A model generated the notes under the pieces. It was not told where the DNA came from, searched no databases, and saw only the letters and a program-made list of their open reading frames with translations. Shown in pieces: positions 50,843-59,290 of a stretch of 64,000 nt of DNA. Numbering within the stretch: the stretch's first letter is position 1; each line of letters begins with the position of its first letter. The stretch lies in the sequence record SRR31156797_967; one strand, given 5' to 3'. A program made the translations under genes and the position numbers.

Positions 50843-51398
50843 TATCTTTGCTCCATATATTTGTAAACAGATGTATAAATCTGCCTACAGCTAATACTAT
50901 ATTTTTGTTGCCTTTCATTGCCAGCAATTTTCCTAATGCTTTACCTGATACAGTAATACCTGCTATGATGGCACTGGCTATTACCGAAATGGTTAATGGC
51001 TTTAGCGTCTTTGACATTGAAATCAGAGTAGTTACAATAATAGCACCTGCAGCACCTGAAATGATTCCGCAGATATCGCCTATTACATCATTACATATGT
51101 TGGTCACTATTTCGGCTCGCTGCAATAAAAACAGCCCTTCCTTTGCTCCTTTAATACGCTTAGAACTCATCGCTACAAATGGAGTTGGATTAGCTGTTGC
51201 TATGGCTACACCGATTGTATCAAAAAACACGCCTATAAGTATAAATAAAATAAGTGCTAAAAATGCTAAAGGTAATGATAAATTTCTTAGGGAAACCTCA
51301 GCTAAGAAGCTCATCACTGTGGCTAGCGCCAGAGTGATAGCAAATATTTTTACTATCCATACCCAAGGGGGTTTGGATGCTGCATTTTTCTGCTTCAA
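50835..51398 (-). CDS. oapA: OLE-associated membrane protein OapA (DUF21/CNNM-like)
   Basis: IGVFFDTIG.A, PF.AM.SKRI.GA, N.CNDVIGDICGIISG, T..GKALGK; located between ole and dxs; start placed at TTG 51398 after GGAG. Confidence 0.9.
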   Translation of the reverse strand: MKQKNAASKPPWVWIVKIFAITLALATVMSFLAEVSLRNLSLPLAFLALILFILIGVFFDTIGVAIATANPTPFVAMSSKRIKGAKEGLFLLQRAEIVTNICNDVIGDICGIISGAAGAIIVTTLISMSKTLKPLTISVIASAIIAGITVSGKALGKLLAMKGNKNIVLAVGRFIHLFTNIWSKDNE

Positions 51399-51616
51399 AA
51401 TTATCTCCACTTGAGTTAACCCATTATTATAATGGGAGAAATATTAGGTTTTACCCATATGTACAAATAATATGGAATTACTATACATATTATTAAAACA
51501 TAAAATCGCAAAACCACGAATTCAAACGTAATTAACTTTATAATTGTAAGCTGTCTACACTATATTACATTAAAGAACGTAAAAAGGTAAACTCAATATA
51601 TTTCAAATAAATTTAT

Positions 51617-52207
51617 GGTGGCAGCATAGTGGATAAACCTTGCGGCATCAGGTCCAGCAGGCTTTCCCTGCAGAGTACTTCCCGTCACCGGTAAAGTAGT
51701 TTCCATTTAAACTTTGCACCAAATTGTTGCCAAAAATTGGGGCTGGATTACCACTTAGACCACACTATAATCCCCACTATGCCAAATAAATTTCAGTCTA
51801 GGAGCTTTCCTCGACAGTTTCACATATCTCTAGCCTCTATTGCAATATTGGTTTCATTAGGCAATCACTAAATGCACTAGGTACCATTTGTACAGATAGT
51901 GTGTTCCGTCTAATCCACCAACCCCACTCAAGGCAGGCTACACTGCACACAGCTTTCATTCACCGCAATACAGGTTTAATCCCGGCAAGTAATGTTTTAT
52001 CAAATAACGCACCACTCGTTCAGGTCTCCACGAGAGCTGGGTCAAACGCCCGCATGCCGTTGCGGATCGCCCTTCTCTCTTATCTCCCAGCACAAACCCA
52101 CGACTGGGCGTCGTAAGCAAGCACAAGAAGCTTCATCGATATGCCCTTTGACGGATTTTTAGCCCCGCCTTCAAGGTATGTGACGCTGACTAGAATACTG
52201 CACCACC
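51617..52207 (-). ncRNA. ole: OLE RNA (ornate, large, extremophilic ncRNA)
   Basis: ~590-nt GC-richer segment; conserved blocks GTGCAGTATTCTAGTCAG, GAAGGCGGG.CTAAAAATCCG, TCGATGAAG, CAACGGCATG.GGGCG, TGTAGCCTGCCTTGAG, GAGGAAA.CTCCTAG, CTAAGTGGTAATCCAG, GGGAAA.CCTGCTGGACC; 5' GGTGG pairs 3' CCACC; oapA-dxs context. Confidence 0.93.
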
Positions 52208-52214
52208 GAAGTAG

Positions 52215-52244
52215 ATTATATCATAAAGATACTGCTTATGTAAA
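52215..52244 (-). promoter_or_regulatory. SigA promoter of ole
   Basis: Minus strand TTTACA-N18-TATAAT with extended TGnTATAAT, 7 nt before the GGTGG 5' end. Confidence 0.7.
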
Positions 52245-52352
52245 GAAAGTGTAACATTTGGTATTATATTTGAAAAACTTAGTGTAATATTATCGCATAT
52301 CAAATATAATCGATTTGTTACATATCAAATAAAAAATATAAAAACAGGGGAT

Positions 52353-53546
52353 ATGACTATGCAACCCACTTTTGCTTCACAATTCATTCAGTACCTACTT
52401 CTAACATTTCAAATATTAGCGATATTTATATTACCACAAGTTTTCGTAATTTTGTCAAAAAGAAATAAAATATTTAAATTTTTATCACCTGTATTATTGT
52501 GTTATCTTGCAGGAATAATATTCGCAAATATACCAATACCTGCACTATGGGACAAAAATCTTTCAATGACAATTTCTGAAATCAGTGTACCTATTGCAAT
52601 AGCACTTATATTATTTTCAGCTGATCTTGTCAAGTGGTCTCATTTGATAAAAATGACAAAATCTTTTTTTCTTGTACTGGTATCAGCAACCATTGCTACA
52701 TCTGTTATGGCAATGATTTATTCTGGTTGGGTTGATGAAGGGTGGAAAATAGCAGGAATGCTTACCGGATGCTATACAGGAGGAACACCAAATTTGATGG
52801 CTGTAGGTACGAGCCTAAAAGTACCCAAACCAACAATAGCTCTTGTAAATATGTGTGATATGCTGTGTGGCGGAGTGTACTTTCTATTGATATCATCATT
52901 TTTAATAAAAGTATATAGAAGATTCCTTCCGAAATATGAAAGCTCTGATTTCGACAAATTAGGTCATACAAAAATTATGGCACTTGAAACTATCTTTGAT
53001 GATGGTGTATTACAGGGGTGGAAGAATATTGGTTTTGCACTTTTGTTTGCTATTCTTGCAACTGGTGTATCTGTAGGTATAGCATTACTATTTACCGGAG
53101 AAATGAATACACTTATTATTATACTTTCTGTGACAACTATTTCAATTGCTCTGTCCTTCTGGAAGAAATTGAAGAGTTTAAGGGGAACTAATGCAATGGG
53201 ACAGTATGCAGTATATATTTTCTCCATGGCTATAGGCGGAGCTGTTGATATTTCTAAGTTCTTTGAATCTTCACCCTTGCTGCTAGGGTATACAGCAAGT
53301 ATTATGATGAGCGGAATATTGCTTCATTTTATACTCTGTAAGATATTCAAAGTAGACGCAGATACAGCTATTATTACTTCGATGGCAGGTGTATATGGAC
53401 CAGCATTTATTGCACCTGTAGCAGAAGCTATGAATAATAAAGAGATTGTAGTAAGTGGTCTTTTAACAGGTATTGTAGGATATGCAGTGGGTAATTACCT
53501 AGGTATAGCTATCGCATATCTAACAAAAATGTTATTTTATATATAA
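52353..53546 (+). CDS. DUF819-family membrane protein
   Basis: About 12 TMs; G.YTGGTPN, G.VGYAVGNYLG. Confidence 0.85.
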   Translation: MTMQPTFASQFIQYLLLTFQILAIFILPQVFVILSKRNKIFKFLSPVLLCYLAGIIFANIPIPALWDKNLSMTISEISVPIAIALILFSADLVKWSHLIKMTKSFFLVLVSATIATSVMAMIYSGWVDEGWKIAGMLTGCYTGGTPNLMAVGTSLKVPKPTIALVNMCDMLCGGVYFLLISSFLIKVYRRFLPKYESSDFDKLGHTKIMALETIFDDGVLQGWKNIGFALLFAILATGVSVGIALLFTGEMNTLIIILSVTTISIALSFWKKLKSLRGTNAMGQYAVYIFSMAIGGAVDISKFFESSPLLLGYTASIMMSGILLHFILCKIFKVDADTAIITSMAGVYGPAFIAPVAEAMNNKEIVVSGLLTGIVGYAVGNYLGIAIAYLTKMLFYI

Positions 53547-53552
53547 ATAAAT

Positions 53553-53588
53553 AGCAAGGCTGTCCATTATGGTGTTGCCTTGCTTTTC
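53553..53588. terminator. Terminator between convergent DUF819 and GNAT genes
   Basis: AGCAAGGC...GCCTTGCTTTT. Confidence 0.65.
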
Positions 53589-53617
53589 TTATGACAATCA
53601 ATATAAATAGATTATAG

Positions 53618-54049
53618 TTATTCATTTGATAGGTTAATTGCATAGTTTCTATAGTTAAGATCATCTCTTAAGTCAAATCCAAGGCTTTCCCAGAATCCAT
53701 TTCCTAATTCATTATCTTTGTAAACGACCAAAGCAGTTTTGTGGATGCCTTCTTTTTCCAAAGCAAGAAGTGATTCATTTACTAGTGCTTTACCAATGCC
53801 CTTTTTCCTATCATCAATACTTACAGCAGCATGATAGATATACCCTCTGCGACCATCATGTCCGCATAGTATTGTGCCGTTTATCCTGCCGTCAGTTTCT
53901 GATACAAAGCATGTAGTTGGATTGCGTCTTAGAAATTTATCAATACCTTCTAGTGAATCATCTAAGGTACGCATCCCCATACCTTTAGTGTTATACCATA
54001 GTTGATATACTTTGTTATAATCTTCTATTTTCATTAAGCGAATCGACAT
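53618..54049 (-). CDS. GNAT acetyltransferase (YpeA-like)
   Basis: FL.RNP, GHDGRRGYIYH.AV, R.KGIG, N..GN.FW..LGF. Confidence 0.92.
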   Translation of the reverse strand: MSIRLMKIEDYNKVYQLWYNTKGMGMRTLDDSLEGIDKFLRRNPTTCFVSETDGRINGTILCGHDGRRGYIYHAAVSIDDRKKGIGKALVNESLLALEKEGIHKTALVVYKDNELGNGFWESLGFDLRDDLNYRNYAINLSNE

Positions 54050-54091
54050 GTGTTTTCCCCCTTAATATATCATACAAATTTTTTTTCACAT

Positions 54092-55447
54092 TTATTTCGG
54101 CAGTGATATCTGAAAACTTGCACCACCTTGCGGAAGATTGCCCAAAACAAGTTGCCCTTTGTGCTTTACAATAATCTCTTTCACTATATATAATCCCAGT
54201 CCGCTGCCATTTGCCTTCTCGTATGACATACCTGACTGAAGTATATTCATTAGTTCTTTATCAAATCCTTTACCATTGTCGGAAATTGTAATTGATATGT
54301 CATTATAATTCTCACAAAGCTCAATGTCAATTCTGTCTTTAGTATATTTGATGCAATTAGATAGAATATTATTAAGTGCAATAAAAATCTTCTCATCATC
54401 AATCATTACTTTGCTTATTTTTTTGGGTTGATAGTAGATATCAATATCATTAAGTATTGCTATGCTTTCTATGCTTTTAATTGCATTCTCTATTACAATA
54501 GAGATATCGTACTTAGCAAATTTTAATACTTCTATATCGCTTTCCAGCTTGCTTAGGAGAATTATATTCTCGGCATACTCCTTTATACGAAGGCTTTCGC
54601 TCATAATTATATCAAGGGGCTCATCGGTATCTTTGAACACACCTGTTTTTATACCCTCTGCATAACCATAGATAGCAGTAAGAGGTGTTTTCAGTTCATG
54701 AGATATATTTCTGTATAGTTTTTCTTTTTCCCTGTCATGTGCCTGTAGGGAGTTAGCCAAAGTATTTATAGATTCAGATAATATCTGGATTTCGTCATTA
54801 GTATCTGCAATGTATTTTTCACTAAAGTCGCGGGATGCATATTTCTCAGTCAGTTTAGTTAGTTTTTTAATTGGTTTTGTAATGCGATCTGATAATATCA
54901 GCGTTATTCCAATCGAAATTACTGATAAAACGATTAAGCAGATTACCAAAGCAGCATAGAATCTTTTCGTGACATTTTGAATACTTTTTGTTGATATTAA
55001 AGATATTGTTACATATTGAAGATTATTAGTACTATCTTCTCTGATAGTACTGATAGAACATAGGTATTCATCATTATTAATATTTACCGTAATTATTGCT
55101 TTTCTTTCCTCTAGGAATTTACTTAGCAGAGTACTAATATCAATATCCATTTCTAAATCACTATCGCTGTTATACATTAGCTCCAAGCCATTGCTGGTAT
55201 CATTCAAGGAATAGACCAGATTTATGCTGTCGGAGAGGACAGAATACAGCATTGGCTCATCAATTCCTCTTTTGTAGAATTTATTTGCTAGTTGATTTTC
55301 TACAACCAGTTGTTTCTTTATATTTTTATAAGTATAGGATTTGTATATTGCAGATATAACAAAACAAAGCAATGATAACGATAGTACCAATATCAGTGCA
55401 TTTGCCAGAGTGAATTTCTTTGAGATAGAATTATTCATATTATTCAC
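54092..55447 (-). CDS. HAMP-domain sensor histidine kinase
   Basis: Two TMs, HAMP, NISHELKTPL, NILSNCIKY, DNGKGF, GSGLGL. Confidence 0.95.
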   Translation of the reverse strand: MNNMNNSISKKFTLANALILVLSLSLLCFVISAIYKSYTYKNIKKQLVVENQLANKFYKRGIDEPMLYSVLSDSINLVYSLNDTSNGLELMYNSDSDLEMDIDISTLLSKFLEERKAIITVNINNDEYLCSISTIREDSTNNLQYVTISLISTKSIQNVTKRFYAALVICLIVLSVISIGITLILSDRITKPIKKLTKLTEKYASRDFSEKYIADTNDEIQILSESINTLANSLQAHDREKEKLYRNISHELKTPLTAIYGYAEGIKTGVFKDTDEPLDIIMSESLRIKEYAENIILLSKLESDIEVLKFAKYDISIVIENAIKSIESIAILNDIDIYYQPKKISKVMIDDEKIFIALNNILSNCIKYTKDRIDIELCENYNDISITISDNGKGFDKELMNILQSGMSYEKANGSGLGLYIVKEIIVKHKGQLVLGNLPQGGASFQISLPK

Positions 55448-56123
55448 CTATTTTATATCCATAACCCCAGACGGTTTGTATCTGACATTGTGAATTAATT
55501 GTAAGCATTTTCTTACGTAGGCGTTTAATCATATGGTCTACCTGCCTTGTGTCGCCATAGTATTCATACCCCCAAATTCTATCTATTATCTGCTCTCTGG
55601 AGAATGCCCTGTTTACATTTTCCAGGAATAATAAAAGCAGGTTGAATTCTTTGGCTGTAGTAGGCACAGGTGTATCATTTATTGTTATAGTCCTATTTGC
55701 TTTATTAAGAACTAAGTCCAGATACGAAATACTATCGTCTGAGTTGTTATTACTTTCATATGAATTTAGTCGTCTAAATGTGTTTTTTATCTTTGCAAGC
55801 AGTTCACGAAATGATATTGGCTTTGATATGTAATCGTCGCTTCCTAATTCCAGTCCAAGTACACGATCAATTTCGTCATTGTGCGCACTAATCATGAAAA
55901 TTGGTATCATGCTAGACTTTCTTATTTCCCTGCATAAATCATAGCCGGACATTTGGGGCATTACAATATCTGTGATTATCATATCACAAGGGGATGAATT
56001 ATATGCATCTAATAGTAGCTGCCCATTCTTAAAGGTTTTTGCCCTGTAACCAGCGTTCTCAATATGGCTTTTTATTAATTTGCAAATGTTTTCATCATCA
56101 TCGGCGATATATATCATTTTCAT
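55440..56123 (-). CDS. OmpR-family response regulator
   Basis: IADDD, DIVMP, GSDDYISKP, TRQVD..IKRLR, TVWGYGYK. Confidence 0.96.
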   Translation of the reverse strand: MKMIYIADDDENICKLIKSHIENAGYRAKTFKNGQLLLDAYNSSPCDMIITDIVMPQMSGYDLCREIRKSSMIPIFMISAHNDEIDRVLGLELGSDDYISKPISFRELLAKIKNTFRRLNSYESNNNSDDSISYLDLVLNKANRTITINDTPVPTTAKEFNLLLLFLENVNRAFSREQIIDRIWGYEYYGDTRQVDHMIKRLRKKMLTINSQCQIQTVWGYGYKIGE

Positions 56124-56216
56124 ATTAGAGTCCTTAATCTGTTATACACCTGCAGCCAAACAGCGCAGGTGTAGTTATAGTTTAATAAGTATTTGTGTAA
56201 TTTATAGTCCTAAGTT

Positions 56217-56999
56217 TTAGTTACTATTTCCTTTTCCTGAATCATTTCCGCCAGATTGCTTGTTCTGTAATCCATCTCCTAGCTCCTGCAGGTATTCTTT
56301 ATATTCTTCCAAAGTCATTCCTAATTCAGCAGCTTTTTCTTCCATTTCGGATTTTATCTCCTCAACTTTTTCCTGCCTTTCTTGTCTTTGTTCAGCCAAA
56401 TATTCTTTGTATTCATCTATGGTCATGCCTAGCTCCTCGGCTTTGGCTTCGAATTCAGCCTTGCGGTTTTGCATCTGCTGACGATACTGCTCCAAAGTCA
56501 TACCATTTTCTTCAGCTCTTTGTTGAAATTCCTGCCTGCGCTGCTGTAGGTAATCAATATATTCATCTGTAGTCATGCCATGTTCAGCTGCTCTTTGCTG
56601 GAATTGCTCTTGTTTGCTTTTTAGATAAGCCTTGTATTCATCTGTAGTCATTCCCAGTGCTTCAGCATTTTCCTGAAATCTTTGTTTTTTCTCTTTTAAT
56701 GATGCTTTGTATTCTTCCAAGGTCATACCTTGTTCTGCTGCTTTTTCTTCTAGCTTTGCTTTTCTATTCTTTAAGTACTCAATGTACTCATCAATAGTCA
56801 TACCTTGCTCAGCTGCTTTTGTCTCGAGGTTATCTTTCTTTTCATTTAGATAATCTATAAATTCTTCAACTGTCATTCCCTTTGCCTGAGCTTTTTCTTC
56901 TAGCTTAACCAGCAGATTATCGTTTTCCACAGCAAATGCTGACATAGAACCAAAGACTATAAATGTAAGTATTAAGATCATTATAATTGTTTTTTTCAT
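56217..56999 (-). CDS. Secreted alpha-helical protein with eight ~25-aa 'GMT' repeats
   Basis: AAGGAG RBS, signal peptide MKKTII...SAFA, repeats of (E/Q)xKA(A/E)ExGMTx(E/D)EYxxYL. Confidence 0.85.
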   Translation of the reverse strand: MKKTIIMILILTFIVFGSMSAFAVENDNLLVKLEEKAQAKGMTVEEFIDYLNEKKDNLETKAAEQGMTIDEYIEYLKNRKAKLEEKAAEQGMTLEEYKASLKEKKQRFQENAEALGMTTDEYKAYLKSKQEQFQQRAAEHGMTTDEYIDYLQQRRQEFQQRAEENGMTLEQYRQQMQNRKAEFEAKAEELGMTIDEYKEYLAEQRQERQEKVEEIKSEMEEKAAELGMTLEEYKEYLQELGDGLQNKQSGGNDSGKGNSN

Positions 57000-57062
57000 T
57001 GTTTTGCTCCTTTTACTTGATGGTATTAGCATAATCTAAACCAATGTTGAAACTGTACTTAT

Positions 57063-57081
57063 TTTATGGATGAATTGTGGC
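57063..57081 (-). promoter_or_regulatory. Degenerate direct-repeat box upstream of GMT-repeat gene
   Basis: Minus strand GTGCCACAATTCATCCATAAA resembles the TGCCATAA repeats at 57573-57594. Confidence 0.35.
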
Positions 57082-57082
57082 A

Positions 57083-57490
57083 CTATTCATCCAGCAGTGC
57101 TTCCAGCTCCTCTAATTCCTCAATTTCATCCATCAGCTCTTCCAGTTCAGTCAAGTCAACTAATTCCTCAAGTTCGGCTAGCTCTTCTAATTCGCTTAAC
57201 TCAGTTAATTCTTCTAATTCCTCTATTTCCTGATTATCAAGCAGATACTGAAGTTCACTTGCAGCTTCCAGGTCATCATAGCTTTCAATATCATCAATTG
57301 CTTCAACTTCCTCAAGTTGTTCTAGTAATTCCAAATCATCAGTATATTCTGCTATATCAAGATTCTCTTGGGCTTCATCAATATTCTGAGCAGTTCTCTT
57401 TGAAATAATTTTTCCTGCTATGGCAGAAAGCATTATAACTACCATAACAATTATGACAATTACTAGAAATATTTTTAGATTTCTATTCAT
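57083..57490 (-). CDS. Membrane-anchored, extremely acidic low-complexity protein
   Basis: AAGGAG RBS, N-terminal TM, C-terminal (L-x-E)n run with no Lys/Arg after about residue 32. Confidence 0.8.
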   Translation of the reverse strand: MNRNLKIFLVIVIIVMVVIMLSAIAGKIISKRTAQNIDEAQENLDIAEYTDDLELLEQLEEVEAIDDIESYDDLEAASELQYLLDNQEIEELEELTELSELEELAELEELVDLTELEELMDEIEELEELEALLDE

Positions 57491-57572
57491 TCTAATCTCC
57501 TTATAATGATTTTATAAGTTCCTTACCGCCAAAGTAATGGTAATATTTCAATGTGATATATATATGCATAAA

Positions 57573-57594
57573 TTATGGCAGATTTATGGCAGAT
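57573..57594 (-). promoter_or_regulatory. Tandem 11-bp direct repeat, probable OmpR-family binding site
   Basis: TTATGGCAGAT x2 (plus strand), one helical turn apart, ~85-105 bp upstream of the 57490 start. Confidence 0.6.
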
Positions 57595-57648
57595 TTGTAC
57601 GTTAATATATTTGTATATACAAGAGAGTAAATTAAGTCGGAACATCTA

Positions 57649-58140
57649 TTAGTAGATGCTATAATCAGTTTTATTAATTAATATTTTAATAAATTCTATC
57701 AGACCCGTTTCATCATATTGGGTAAAGCGGTTTATCTTTGGGCTGTCAATATCCAGTACACCGATAACTATTCCAGAGCACACTATAGGAAGTACAATCT
57801 CACTCATAGAATCACTGTCACACGCAATATGTTCAGGGAAATTATGGACATCAGCTATTCGCATTATTTGATTATTTGTGTATGCTGCACCGCAGACACC
57901 TCTATTGGGGTTTATTCTGACACATGCAGGCTTACCCTGAAATGGTCCTAAAACTAAATTATCATTTTCTCTATCAAATAGATAGAATCCAACCCAATTA
58001 ATTTGGGATAAGCTATGCCATAGCAAAGAAGAAGCATTAGCCATATTAGCTATGGGATTTGTTTCGCTCAGTAAAAGGGCTTCCAAACTTTTATTAATAC
58101 TTTTATAATCATTCAGATAGAATATATGCTCGCCTTCCAT
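57649..58140 (-). CDS. msrC: GAF-domain free methionine-R-sulfoxide reductase
   Basis: NWVGFY, LGPFQGKPAC, GVCG, HIACD..S.SEIV.P, VLDIDSP. Confidence 0.92.
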   Translation of the reverse strand: MEGEHIFYLNDYKSINKSLEALLLSETNPIANMANASSLLWHSLSQINWVGFYLFDRENDNLVLGPFQGKPACVRINPNRGVCGAAYTNNQIMRIADVHNFPEHIACDSDSMSEIVLPIVCSGIVIGVLDIDSPKINRFTQYDETGLIEFIKILINKTDYSIY

Positions 58141-58276
58141 TGCTGCTCCTTAAGACTTTTGTTTATTATATCATTTAATATTTAATTTTTGTAAAGTAAT
58201 TATAATAATTGATTATTAAAAGTAAAAGTGAATAAAAGCAACTAGAGTACTTAATATATAATAATATTATGTTAAA

Positions 58277-58318
58277 GAGCCTTTACTTTTTCAAGAAACA
58301 AGCTAAAAAGTAAGGCTC
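58277..58318 (-). terminator. Hairpin/terminator downstream of 58380-58997 gene
   Basis: GAGCCTTTACTTTTT...AAAAAGTAAGGCTC. Confidence 0.55.
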
Positions 58319-58379
58319 ACAATGTATATATACTAAATTGTATTATACATCGCAATAAATGAATAATGCGTAGTTAGTA

Positions 58380-58997
58380 TTAATTAACTGTTGTTATATC
58401 CCTTTTATATAGTGTATATGTACCGAATATCAACATGGAATTTGATACTACACCGAGTATCTCGCATATCCAGTGTGTTAGTTCATGCTCGCCGCTGCTT
58501 GATAAACCTGAAGTAATTAAAACAACTACAATATATACTATAAAAGAAACAACAACCCATTTATATTTTTTACGTGCAGCAATCAAAATCAAGCATATTA
58601 AATATCCGATAGTACTAATGGTTAATAATCCAATTGCTAAAACATAGAATGGGAACGCATGAGTAGTACTGCTTTGTTGAAATTTGAGTTTATCTCTGCG
58701 TGTCATATAGATACATGCAATAAAAATTAATATCGTACCAAGAGCAAGACCTGGCATATGTATTCTGTTCATAATATCAATACTAACACCGCTAAGAGCA
58801 TATAGCAGCTTCCATGTTGCTTTTGAGATACCAGCAAGTGTTGCTATTATTGCACCTATAACTAAAGTGAAGAAATATAGTTTTGTTGCATTCCTATAGG
58901 TATATTTTGATAAAAAGTACATGCCTACTGCAAATAGTATAACCTGTATATAGTCAAATAGTCCAAGAGCAATGGATGGTGTAAATAAGTACTGCAT
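58380..58997 (-). CDS. Hypothetical polytopic membrane protein
   Basis: About 6-7 TMs; AG..KATWKL and HW..E motifs; GGGAG RBS. Confidence 0.75.
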   Translation of the reverse strand: MQYLFTPSIALGLFDYIQVILFAVGMYFLSKYTYRNATKLYFFTLVIGAIIATLAGISKATWKLLYALSGVSIDIMNRIHMPGLALGTILIFIACIYMTRRDKLKFQQSSTTHAFPFYVLAIGLLTISTIGYLICLILIAARKKYKWVVVSFIVYIVVVLITSGLSSSGEHELTHWICEILGVVSNSMLIFGTYTLYKRDITTVN

Positions 58998-59092
58998 AAA
59001 TTCTCCCTATATTAGTAATGTTTTTTACAATATATAGTAAATATATCATGCCAAGAGTATATTTACCACATTTAATTTAAAAAAATTATCTA

Positions 59093-59107
59093 AGTAACAT
59101 TGTTACT
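59093..59107. promoter_or_regulatory. Palindrome whose core matches the TetR operator unit
   Basis: AGTAACATTGTTACT; core TAACATTGTTA equals the unit at 33511-33521. Confidence 0.45.
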
Positions 59108-59290
59108 AATAATAGAATGAGTATGGTTTATAATAAGTCTATAAAATCTATAAAGAATTCTATGATTAGTCAAAAATAATCTCATAGTTAGATTGTTTTG
59201 GGCATTATTCCTTAATACTATTTTCATAATTTAGAAGCTATAATGGAATAATAAATGTTTATAATGTAATCACTTGGAGGGTAAAAATAT

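Noticed and set aside
51901-52116. 71-aa ORF on plus strand
   Set aside because: Antisense to OLE RNA; no RBS or recognisable motif
51617-52207. RNase P RNA, tmRNA or group II intron as alternative identity
   Set aside because: The GAGGAAAGCTCC segment superficially resembles RNase P, but length, the other conserved blocks and the oapA-dxs context fit OLE; no tRNA-like ends or intron domain V
56217-57490. CRISPR array or VNTR
   Set aside because: Repeats are degenerate at DNA level and conserved only as protein; no constant repeat-spacer structure and no cas genes
1204-57951. Numerous short antisense or alternate-frame ORFs in the track (e.g. 7845-8339, 16103-16486, 42132-42479, 50809-51414, 57070-57408)
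   Set aside because: Each overlaps a well-supported gene and lacks RBS and family motifs
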